A stretch of DNA of 33,965 bases from an uncultured Ignavibacteriaceae bacterium (GTDB lineage: Bacteria > Bacteroidota > Ignavibacteria > UBA10030), in assembly GCA_964465905.1 (NCBI GenBank), contig CAYXMK010000004.1, positions 1 to 33,965 on the forward strand, in the 5' to 3' direction. The translations under genes were made by a program, and so were the position numbers. The notes beneath the pieces were generated by a model that saw only the letters and a list, made by a program, of their open reading frames with translations, searched no databases and was not told the origin of the DNA. Positions within the stretch are counted from its first letter, which is position 1, and each line of letters opens with the position of its first letter. This document shows, piece after piece, positions 14,436 to 21,937 of this stretch.

Positions 14436-15016
14436 CGGGTTCGGGCGATCCGTTCAGGATGAGCAGCGAGGAACGCTTGCCAGTCTGCGTAGCGTTTGCC
14501 TCCGGGCTGGTTCCAGCGACCGGCGACTCCCTCTGTTCTCTGGAGGTGGCACAGTGCGACGGCGAGGGCATCCGTTGCATCGAACAGTCGCGGAGTCGCC
14601 CGCAGGCGCAGCAGAGATGTCACCATCCCCTGTACCTGTTCCTTGGAGGCATTGCCGTGCCCTACGACGGCCTTCTTCACCTCGCGGGGGGAATACTCGG
14701 CGACGGGAAGCCCGTTACTGACCGCGGCCAGGATGGCCACTCCGCGCGCATGCCCCAGTTTGAGGGCTGACTGAACGTTCTTCCCGTAGAAGGCGCTTTC
14801 GACGGCGCATTCATCCGGGTGGCGGCGGTCAATGACAGCGATGAGTCTGTCGTAGATGGCCTTCAGACGCTCGGGGAGGGGGAGAGTGCTCCGGTTTTCA
14901 ACCGTGCCGTATTCGAGAACCCGGACGCGAGCCCCTTCGCGGAGGATGAGGCCGTAGCCGGTGACAAGCGTTCCGGGGTCCACGCCGAGAACCGTCGAGG
15001 AGGTCCGACCCATCAC
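14432..15016 (-). CDS. ruvC: Crossover junction endodeoxyribonuclease RuvC
   Basis: LGVDPGTLVTGYGLI (catalytic Asp), ECAVESAFYGKN, and ATDALAVALCH. The start is either GTG 15016 or ATG 15013. Both overlap the yebC stop (TGA at 15013-15015). Confidence 0.93.
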   Translation of the reverse strand: MMGRTSSTVLGVDPGTLVTGYGLILREGARVRVLEYGTVENRSTLPLPERLKAIYDRLIAVIDRRHPDECAVESAFYGKNVQSALKLGHARGVAILAAVSNGLPVAEYSPREVKKAVVGHGNASKEQVQGMVTSLLRLRATPRLFDATDALAVALCHLQRTEGVAGRWNQPGGKRYADWQAFLAAHPERIARTR

Positions 15017-15765
15017 GCTCCCCCGAACCTGGTCAGCAGGAGGACGTCCATCTCGAAGTTGGCGTGCACGTGCTGAACGTCGTCGTGTTCCTCCAGCGCC
15101 TCGAGGAGTTTCAGGAGCAGTTCTGCGTCCTTCCCCTCCACCTTGACCGTGGTTTCGGGGACCATCTGCAGTTCGGCGTGTTCGACGGTGATGCCCTTTG
15201 CCTTGAGCGCCTCCTGCACGGACTCGAATGCGTCTGTCGATGTTGTGATGCTGTGCAGGTCTCCTTCCGAGCGGAGATCCTCTGCGCCGGCCTCGAGGAC
15301 GAGATCCAGCAGATCGTTTTCCGAGATGGAGGAGGCGGGTACCGTGATGATGCCTTTTCGGTGGAACTGGTAGAGAACGGAGCCCGCGGCCGCGAGTTTT
15401 CCGTGGTTCCGGTCGAGGATGTGACGCAGGTCGGAGACAGTTCTGTTCCTGTTGTCCGTAATGGTCTCGATGAGGAGCGCCACTCCTCCCGGCCCATACG
15501 CCTCGTAGCTGGCGTCTTCGTAGACCACGCCGGGCAGTTCACCGGTCCCGCGCATGATGGCGCGCTTGATGTTCTCGGCCGGCATGTTGCTTGACTTTGC
15601 CTTCTCGATGGCGAGGCGCAGGCGCGGATTGCCGGACGGGTCGCCTCCTCCGGCTTTCGCGGCGATGGTCAGTTCCTTGATGATCTGGGTGAAGAGCCTT
15701 CCGCGTCGCGCGTCGGTAACGGCCTTCTTCCGCTTGATCTGAGCCCATTTCGAGTGACCGGACAT
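15013..15765 (-). CDS. yebC: YebC/PmpR family DNA-binding transcriptional regulator
   Basis: MSGHSKWAQIKRKKAVTDARRGRLFTQIIKEL is the hallmark N-terminus. The 250 aa length is typical. Confidence 0.95.
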   Translation of the reverse strand: MSGHSKWAQIKRKKAVTDARRGRLFTQIIKELTIAAKAGGGDPSGNPRLRLAIEKAKSSNMPAENIKRAIMRGTGELPGVVYEDASYEAYGPGGVALLIETITDNRNRTVSDLRHILDRNHGKLAAAGSVLYQFHRKGIITVPASSISENDLLDLVLEAGAEDLRSEGDLHSITTSTDAFESVQEALKAKGITVEHAELQMVPETTVKVEGKDAELLLKLLEALEEHDDVQHVHANFEMDVLLLTRFGGA

Positions 15766-15795
15766 CTTCTGTGTTCTCCGTCCCTGAGTAACGCC

Positions 15796-17571
15796 TCAGG
15801 CGCCTGCCACCTTCAAATCCTTCAATTTCAACTGCGGAATCACCTCGCCGGCGTATTCGTTTTCCTCGATCGAGAAGGCCAGATCGACGGTACCACCATC
15901 CCTCGGCAGAAGCGGAAGGAAGTCTCCCATGTTGAATCCGATGGCGTCGAAGATCTTTCCGTTGCTCTTCACCTTCAGCTTCAGGTGGTTGTTGCCGACG
16001 ATGCGGGGAAAACCGTGGAGTTGTGCGCCGCGCAGGGCGAACAGAGGGCGGGGATTGTCGGGGCCGTAGGGTGCGAATTCGTTGAGCACGCTGATGAATT
16101 TCGGCGTGATGTCCTTCAGATCGATCTCTGCGTCGATGCGGATTTCCGGCGTTCGGAGTTCCTCCGTGAGAAGCTCTTTCGCCACGGCAGAGAAGGCCGC
16201 CTTGAATTCGTCGATCCGGCTGAGATCTACCGAGAGTCCGGCGGCGTAGCGGTGGCCCCCGAACTGCAGGAGCTTGTCTTCGCAGCGCTTGAGGGCCTGG
16301 TAGATATCGAATCCGGCGACGCTGCGCGCAGATCCCTTTGCGACGCCGTCAACCGTGGTCATCATGATCGTGGGGCGGTAGTAGCGCTCCACGAGGCGGG
16401 ACGCGACGATCCCGATCACGCCCGGATGCCAGTTGTCGCTGTGGAGCACGATGGCGTCGTCGGTGTCGACGTTGAAGATGCGTTCGACGACCTGCTGGGC
16501 TTCGAGGAACGTGTCCTCGTCAAGTTTGCGTCGCGTCCGGTTCTCCTCTTCGAAGACCCGGGCAAGGTCGAGTCCCTCGTTGAGGGATTCGCAGACGAGC
16601 AGGTTCACGGCGCGGCGCGCATCGCCCAGGCGTCCCACAGCATTGATGCGCGGAGCCAGGACAAAGACGACATTGCCGGAGTTGATCTTTCCGACCATCA
16701 GACCCGACGTTTCGATAAGCGCCTGGATGCCCGGCCGGGGGCGGGTGTTGATCAGCTCGAGGCCGAGCTTGACGAGAGTCCGGTTCTCTCCCGCAAGCGG
16801 GACGATATCGGCCGTTGTGGCAAGGGCGACGAAGTCGAGGTATTCCGCCAGCTCCTCGAGAGAGGATCCGCCGAGGATGGTCTGGACGTACTCGTGGAGC
16901 GAGAGGGCGTGGATGAGTTTGAAGGCGACGCCGCAGCCGCTCAGGTATTTGAAAGGGTAGCGGCAGTTCGGTTTGAGGGGATCGAGGACGGCGACAGCGT
17001 CGGGAAGTTCGGCTCCCGGCTCGTGGTGATCGCAGATGATCACATCCATGCCGATCGATCGTGCGTAGCGCACCTGATCAAGAGCCGTGATGCCGCAGTC
17101 CACCGCGAGCAGGAGCGTGGTCCCGTTCTCCCGGGCCCGATCGATGCCGGTCCGGCTGATACCGTATCCCTCCTTGAGGCGCTCCGGGATGTAGAACTGG
17201 ACGCTCGCGCCGACGCGGCGAAGGAAACTCAGGAGAAGGGCAGTCCCGTTGGTCCCGTCGACGTCGTAATCGCCGTAGATCGTGATGAGTTCCTTCTGGC
17301 GGACGGCGCTGACGAGCCGCTGAACGGCGGTTCCCATGCCGTCCATGAGGTATGGATCGTGGAGATCGTCCAGCGTGGGACGGAAGAAGACGCGGACTTC
17401 CTCCGGCGTATGCATTCCGCGGTACGCAAGGATGGAAGCGAGGACAAGGGGAAGCTGGAGTTCGTCGGCGAGGGCTTTGGTAGCGATCTGCAGCTTCTCC
17501 CATTTCTCCGGATCGGAGAACTCCGACGTGAGATGTTTCCAGCGGTATGTTCGAAGAGGCAATGCGGGCAC
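15796..17571 (-). CDS. recJ: Single-stranded-DNA-specific exonuclease RecJ
   Basis: DHH-family motifs (IYGDYDVDGT, AVDCGI, ICDHHEP) and DHHA1 GGHRYAAG. The track ORF runs to 17706, but its first ~22 codons lie inside rnpB (17640-18062). I therefore place the start at the in-frame GTG 17571 (TTG 17562 is an alternative). The exact start is uncertain. Confidence 0.88.
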   Translation of the reverse strand: MPALPLRTYRWKHLTSEFSDPEKWEKLQIATKALADELQLPLVLASILAYRGMHTPEEVRVFFRPTLDDLHDPYLMDGMGTAVQRLVSAVRQKELITIYGDYDVDGTNGTALLLSFLRRVGASVQFYIPERLKEGYGISRTGIDRARENGTTLLLAVDCGITALDQVRYARSIGMDVIICDHHEPGAELPDAVAVLDPLKPNCRYPFKYLSGCGVAFKLIHALSLHEYVQTILGGSSLEELAEYLDFVALATTADIVPLAGENRTLVKLGLELINTRPRPGIQALIETSGLMVGKINSGNVVFVLAPRINAVGRLGDARRAVNLLVCESLNEGLDLARVFEEENRTRRKLDEDTFLEAQQVVERIFNVDTDDAIVLHSDNWHPGVIGIVASRLVERYYRPTIMMTTVDGVAKGSARSVAGFDIYQALKRCEDKLLQFGGHRYAAGLSVDLSRIDEFKAAFSAVAKELLTEELRTPEIRIDAEIDLKDITPKFISVLNEFAPYGPDNPRPLFALRGAQLHGFPRIVGNNHLKLKVKSNGKIFDAIGFNMGDFLPLLPRDGGTVDLAFSIEENEYAGEVIPQLKLKDLKVAGA

Positions 17572-17639
17572 GGGATTCCTGGCTGGGCGGATCAGGTCCG
17601 CCGGTTTGTACGACGTAGAATGATTGACAGCACAACAAC

Positions 17640-18062
17640 AACGGGGTGGAGGGTCGATAAGCCGAATTCTGTCTTTTCCCCGCGGAGGCGGAGAAGAGGC
17701 AGCCATTTCTCTGATGCGACCTACCCGTCACGCTCCGCCAGAGGCGGACAAGCGGGCCACTTGACACGTGACCTATGTGGTCTTGCACCGGGCGGGGTTT
17801 TTCCTGTCCCGCTCCGCGAACGGAACGAGATCCCCAACGGGACCGCCGGCCTTGCGGCACGGCGCGGTGGTCTCTTACACCACCTTTTCACCTGTTTCTC
17901 TCCGCCGGTGGCGGAGGGATGTGTGTTTTCTGTGACACTGTCCGTCCCCGGAGGATGTGGCCTCCGGAGCCCCCGATTGACTCGGGGCGCCCTGCCCTGC
18001 GGTGTTCGGACTTTCCTCCCCCCGCGTGAGAGCGGGGAGCGGCTGCCTGACCCACCACCCCT
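17640..18062 (-). ncRNA. rnpB: RNase P RNA, bacterial type A
   Basis: The minus strand reads GGGGUGGUGGGUC (P1 5') AGGCAGCC (P2) ... GGAGGAAAGUCCGAAC (P4), ACAGAAAACAC, GGUGAAAAGGUGGUGUAAGAGACCACCGC, CCCGGUGCAAGACCACAUAGG, GGGUAGGUCGCAUCAGAG, GGCUGCCU (P2 3'), ACAGAAUUCGGCUUAUCGACCCUCCACCCC (P4 and P1 3'). The order and spacing match my recollection of E. coli M1 RNA. The ends are approximate, within about 5 nt. Confidence 0.9.
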
Positions 18063-18097
18063 GCTGTGAGAACAAAACCCGGAAACAGATCGTTCGT

Positions 18098-18119
18098 GCG
18101 CCTCCCCCTTCGGGGGCGC
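18098..18119 (-). other. GC-rich stem-loop directly after the RNase HI stop and about 35 nt upstream of rnpB P1
   Basis: GCGCCTCCCCCTTCGGGGGCGC on the plus strand gives 8 pairs (one of them G-U) or 7 pairs with a 1-nt bulge. No U-tract follows it on the minus strand. Confidence 0.4.
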
Positions 18120-18120
18120 T

Positions 18121-18537
18121 TCAGCCGGTCACGTCCCCCCGGAGATTGAGCGCCTTGTTGGCCAGCTCGTCGGCGAGCCGATTCTCCTCCCGGGGAATGT
18201 GCCGAAACTCGACTCTGAACGGGGACTGTGCAATCCGTTCCTGCACACGATGCACATAGCTGCGGAGGCGCGGATTCTTCACTTTGTAGATGCCGGTCAT
18301 CTGCCGGACCAGCAGTTCACTGTCGCTGTGGACGATCAGACGGTCGCAGGGGAAGCCGGCGGCAATCTCCAGACAGGTCAGCAGTGCTGTGTACTCGGCC
18401 GCATTGTTCGTCGCGCGCCCGATGAACCTCCCCACCGCCATCAACTCCCGTCCCTCGGCGTCCGTGAGGCGGATGCCGATGCCGCTCTCCCCGGGGTTCC
18501 CCCGCGAGGCCCCGTCGGTGAAGGCGTGGAGCGTCAC
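18121..18537 (-). CDS. rnhA: Ribonuclease HI family protein
   Basis: The DEDD-type blocks FTDGASRGNPGESG, TNNAAEYTALL, HSDSELLVRQM and REENRLADELAN are present. The start is GTG 18537, which overlaps the upstream gene's TGA as GTGA (18534-18537). The longer track ORF to 18672 overlaps that upstream gene and shows no homology-like sequence. Confidence 0.85.
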   Translation of the reverse strand: MTLHAFTDGASRGNPGESGIGIRLTDAEGRELMAVGRFIGRATNNAAEYTALLTCLEIAAGFPCDRLIVHSDSELLVRQMTGIYKVKNPRLRSYVHRVQERIAQSPFRVEFRHIPREENRLADELANKALNLRGDVTG

Positions 18538-19265
18538 GAGCGGGACTCGCCGTTGCCGGCAATCTCGTCTGACACCAGAATCCGTCCGCAGTGTTCGCAG
18601 ATCATGATACGCGAATTCTTCCGGAGTTCCACAACCTTCTGCGGCGGGACGCGCTTGAAGCAGCCGCCGCACGCGTTGCGCCGGACCGGAACGACGGCGT
18701 TTCCTTCCTTCGCCTTGCGGATGCGCTCGTAGGTCCGCAGATCGTTCTTGTCAATACGGGCAACGAGCTTCTCCCGCTCGTGCTGGAGTTTCAGCTCCTC
18801 TTCCTCATGATCCTGGTGAACCAGCTGAAGCTCATTGCGCCGTTCCGAAAGTTCCCGCTGAAGATCACTGATCTCTGCTTCCAGCGTCTTCAGATCTCCC
18901 TTGGCGGTCTCCGCCTTGCCCTCGAGGATCTCGAGCTCCCTCTCAAAATCATTGACGCGGCGCTGTGACGTTTCGATCTCACGCGTCAGCGCGTCGTACT
19001 GCTTGTTCGTCTTCACCTCGAACTGCTGGGTCTTGTACTTCTCGATGTTCTGCTTCAGGGTGACAATCTCAAGATCGATCTGATCGCGGCGAAGCATCGA
19101 TTCGCGTATCGATGCCGTAAGCTCGCTCCGCTGTTCTTCCTTCCCGGAGAGAACGCCCTCCAGTCTGGCAACGATTTCGGGAAGATCTCCCTTCAGTTCC
19201 CGGAGCTCATCGAGCCCTGTGTCGACGCGCTGAAGGGCGTACAGAAGCCGCAATCGGTTTTCCAC
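18534..19265 (-). CDS. Coiled-coil C4 zinc-ribbon protein (COG1579/DUF164-like)
   Basis: 243 aa: MENRLRLLYALQRVDTGLDEL, a long heptad-like coiled coil, and a C-terminal CGGC...(17 aa)...CEHC zinc ribbon. GTG start with GAGGAG 6 nt upstream. Confidence 0.85.
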   Translation of the reverse strand: MENRLRLLYALQRVDTGLDELRELKGDLPEIVARLEGVLSGKEEQRSELTASIRESMLRRDQIDLEIVTLKQNIEKYKTQQFEVKTNKQYDALTREIETSQRRVNDFERELEILEGKAETAKGDLKTLEAEISDLQRELSERRNELQLVHQDHEEEELKLQHEREKLVARIDKNDLRTYERIRKAKEGNAVVPVRRNACGGCFKRVPPQKVVELRKNSRIMICEHCGRILVSDEIAGNGESRS

Positions 19266-19360
19266 GTGTTGCTCCTCGTGTATGCTGACATCTCGTTGTA
19301 AGCACCGGCCGTCGCCAACGTCAACGGCCTATCCGTCGTTTCGTCTTCCAAAACCAAACG

Positions 19361-20470
19361 TTACAGTATGTGAACAGGATTCGTGTTCTGCTCTGTCACC
19401 GTGACGGAAAGCTGTTCCCCGAGTTCTGCTGCCGCAGCGGCGAGGCGCGAGGCAAGCCGGGGGAGAATCACGCGCTCGGTTTCCCAGTGACCGGCGTCGA
19501 CGAGAGCGATGCGTCCTGCGGCGTCATGGAATCGGTGGTACTTCACATCGGCTGTTACCAGCACGTCGGCGCCCGCAGTGACGGCCTCGGGCAGCAAGTC
19601 AGAACCGCTGCCGCCGCAGACGGCGACGCGTCGGACCTGCAGGGCGGGATCTCCGGCGTACCTGAGGACCGGCGCGTGGAGGCGCTGCTTGACGGTGCGC
19701 AGGAATGCTTCGAGCGGCTGCCGGCTCTGCAGTTCGCCGACGGCACCCATGCCGTGGTTCGGGGCTTCGTTCTGAAGCTCGAACAGGTCGAACGCCACCT
19801 CTTCATACGGATGGACAGACTTCATGCCGGCGACAACGGCGTTGGCGCGATCGCGCGGGAGGATCATTTCCAGACGTACTTCCGGCGCGTGCTCGAGGTT
19901 GCCCCTCGTGCCGACGGTCGGCCGTGAGCGCTCGGAGCCGCGGAAGGTGCCTGTTCCTTTGATCTCAAAGGAGCACTCCGAATACTCTCCGATCAGTCCG
20001 GCTCCCTCTCGCGCCATGGCCTCGCGCACGGCGGCCACGTGGGTTTCCGGGACGAACACGGCAATCTTCGCCATCCGCTGCGGCAAGGGCTTGAGGAAGC
20101 GGATCGATGAGAGGCCAAGCTCCTCGGCCAGCGCAACACTGACGCCGTCCCTCGTGAAATCCAGATTCGTGTGGGCGGCATAGAGACTGATGCCCTGACG
20201 TGCAAGCGCAAGGAGAAGGTGACCGATCGGCTCGTCCTCCACGAGAGAAGCCGGTGGCCGGAAAAGAAGAGGGTGATGCGTGACGATGAGGTCCGCCTTC
20301 CGCTGTTCCGCCTCACGGAGGACCGCGTCCGTCATCTCGAGAGCAACGAGAACGCGCCGGACCTGCTGTGTGCGATCGCCGATCTGCAGTCCGACGTTAT
20401 CTCGTTCCCATGCCGCCCAGCGGGGGGCCCAGGACTCGAGCACTCGGGCGATATCACCGACGGTCATCAC
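19361..20470 (-). CDS. Nif3-like dinuclear metal centre protein (YqfO/YbgI family, with inserted PII-like domain)
   Basis: Metal-ligand blocks LIVTHHPLLF, LYAAHTNLD, ADVKYH and DAGHWETE. The 368-369 aa length fits the insert-containing subfamily. The start is GTG 20470 (7 nt after GAGG) or ATG 20467. Confidence 0.9.
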   Translation of the reverse strand: MMTVGDIARVLESWAPRWAAWERDNVGLQIGDRTQQVRRVLVALEMTDAVLREAEQRKADLIVTHHPLLFRPPASLVEDEPIGHLLLALARQGISLYAAHTNLDFTRDGVSVALAEELGLSSIRFLKPLPQRMAKIAVFVPETHVAAVREAMAREGAGLIGEYSECSFEIKGTGTFRGSERSRPTVGTRGNLEHAPEVRLEMILPRDRANAVVAGMKSVHPYEEVAFDLFELQNEAPNHGMGAVGELQSRQPLEAFLRTVKQRLHAPVLRYAGDPALQVRRVAVCGGSGSDLLPEAVTAGADVLVTADVKYHRFHDAAGRIALVDAGHWETERVILPRLASRLAAAAAELGEQLSVTVTEQNTNPVHIL

Positions 20471-20483
20471 GCGGGAACCTCAC

Positions 20484-20515
20484 AAAAAAAGTGTCCCGCC
20501 TCTTGTGCGGGACAC
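20484..20515 (-). terminator. Intrinsic terminator T2 (9-bp GC-rich stem plus U7)
   Basis: The minus strand reads GUGUCCCGC ACAAGAG GCGGGACAC UUUUUUU. It ends only 13 nt before the nif3-like start codon. Confidence 0.7.
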
Positions 20516-20591
20516 TCTGGACTTCTTGAAGGGTGTGAGGAGGGAAAAATGTTCGGGCCGAGCAAAGCACAACCATCCGTTTCAAATCACG

Positions 20592-20616
20592 AAAAAACGA
20601 TGCCCCATCGGGCATC
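20592..20616 (-). terminator. Intrinsic terminator T1 for the REC-HisKA gene
   Basis: The minus strand reads GAUGCCC GAUG GGGCAUC G UUUUUU. It lies about 80 nt after the stop at 20697. Confidence 0.65.
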
Positions 20617-20696
20617 CAGGACATTGCAAGATACGCCTTTCGGGGCAAAGAAGCAACGCCGCACGCTTCCATGCCGAGGGTGCTCTTGTGTGCCCG

Positions 20697-21404
20697 TCAC
20701 GTCTCCCCGGTTGCTCCGCCTTCTGTGCTGACCTCCGCGTCAACCTGTTCGAAATTGACATTGCGCAGGCGGCGGACCTCCGCTTCGATTTCCCTGAATC
20801 GTTCCTCGAGCGACCTGAGCTGCTCGCGGCTGGCCGGCGTGAGCGACATTCGGCTGAGCAGATCGTAGCTGATCTTGATGGCTGCGAGCGGGTTGTTGAA
20901 CTCGTGGCAAACGGTGACGACCAGCTCCCGGATCGCCTCGGCCCGCTTCTGCGCGATCAGCACCCGCTTATCGATCATGACCTTCTGGCGCCTCCGGAGG
21001 GCTCTGTCGCAGGCGGTGGCGAGCGTTCGGGGGAGCAGAGATTCCGACAGGTCGTCCTTCAGGAGAAAATCCTCGCCTCCCAGCTTCATCGCGTCCACGG
21101 CGAGACGATAGTCACGCGTCGAGGCAAGGAAAATGACGGGGATTTCGATCTTCCGTTCGTGCAGCTGCAGCGTGAATTCGAGTCCGGCCGACTGTCCGAG
21201 CGAGAGATCAATGAGAACGATGCGGGGCTGGGGGTGCTGAGCGAGAACTGACAGAGCCTCGTCAAAGGAGGGGCTTACAGACAGGACGAATTCCCTTCCC
21301 TGGAAAAGGCCGAGGTGCGTCTTCGCCGTCTGAACGAAACTCCCGTCCGTGCTGATCAGGAGCACGCGGATGGAGCGGTCCTGAGATTCCGGAATTGTTT
21401 CCAT
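20697..21404 (-). CDS. Receiver (REC) domain fused to a HisKA/DHp phosphoacceptor helix; no HATPase_c domain
   Basis: Receiver features: RVLLISTD, IVLIDLS (Asp65), FLAST and FLLKD. H-box CHEFNNPLAAI (His167, CAC at 20904-20906). The protein ends 68 aa after the His, and no N/G1/F/G2 boxes are present. Confidence 0.85.
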   Translation of the reverse strand: METIPESQDRSIRVLLISTDGSFVQTAKTHLGLFQGREFVLSVSPSFDEALSVLAQHPQPRIVLIDLSLGQSAGLEFTLQLHERKIEIPVIFLASTRDYRLAVDAMKLGGEDFLLKDDLSESLLPRTLATACDRALRRRQKVMIDKRVLIAQKRAEAIRELVVTVCHEFNNPLAAIKISYDLLSRMSLTPASREQLRSLEERFREIEAEVRRLRNVNFEQVDAEVSTEGGATGET

Positions 21405-21464
21405 ACAGAAAAAAGGTAGAGGATGTTCCTGACAATTGCAAAGCTGGGAACGGACGGCACGCGG

Positions 21465-21493
21465 TTGATTTTCAGCCGGTTTTTCGTTAGACT
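21465..21493 (+). promoter_or_regulatory. Candidate sigma-70-type promoter for the CheY-like/EBP operon
   Basis: TTGATT (21465-21470), a 17-nt spacer, then TAGACT (21488-21493). GGAGAAGG lies before the ATG at 21547. Confidence 0.45.
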
Positions 21494-21546
21494 TTTTCCG
21501 CTGGATGTACGGCTTGTACCACGACGTCTAAACCCGGAGAAGGACC

Positions 21547-21918
21547 ATGTCGGCCAAGAACAGGATCCTTGTCGTCGACGATGAAGAAGCCCTGAGGGCC
21601 GTGCTGAGCACGGAACTGGAGTCTGAGGGGTATGTCGTCAAGTCCGCTGGTGACGGCGAGGAGGCCATCCGGATCCTGCAGGGGGAATCCTTCCACCTCA
21701 TCCTGCTGGATATCAAGATGCCGAACGTGGACGGTTTCGAGGTGCTGAAGTTCGTCAAGCAGCAATCCCCCCAAACCAAAGTCATCATGCTGACCGGCTT
21801 CGCCGATCTCAAGAACGCCATCGAATCCAAGAAGCTGGGGGCGGAGGATTTCGTCAGCAAGCCGTATGACCTGGTCGACCTTCTGACCACCGTTGAACGT
21901 GTTCTCGGGACTTCGTGA
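21547..21918 (+). CDS. Single-domain response regulator (CheY-like receiver)
   Basis: 123 aa: ILVVDDEE, LILLDIKMPNVDG, VIMLTGF, FVSKPYD. All canonical receiver residues are present and there is no output domain. Confidence 0.92.
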   Translation: MSAKNRILVVDDEEALRAVLSTELESEGYVVKSAGDGEEAIRILQGESFHLILLDIKMPNVDGFEVLKFVKQQSPQTKVIMLTGFADLKNAIESKKLGAEDFVSKPYDLVDLLTTVERVLGTS

Positions 21919-21937
21919 ATCCGCTGCATGACCGGGG

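Noticed and set aside
20549-20731. A 60-codon plus-strand ORF (MFGPSKAQPS...) preceded by a strong GGAGGGAAAA SD-like sequence.
   Set aside because: The codon third positions are much less GC-biased than in real genes here, and the sequence is basic and low-complexity. It runs across two minus-strand terminators and overlaps the 3' end of the REC-HisKA gene. The GGAGG is better explained as the complement of the CCUCC-containing spacer RNA. I could not exclude it fully without conservation data.
21454-21469. A sigma-54 -24/-12-like string, GGCACGCGGTTGAT, upstream of the CheY-like/EBP operon.
   Set aside because: The GG-to-TTG spacing is one nucleotide short of the strict TGGCACG-N4-TTGC geometry, and the -12 GC is missing (TTGA). 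The same TTGATT fits better as a sigma-70 -35 element with a 17-nt spacer to TAGACT.
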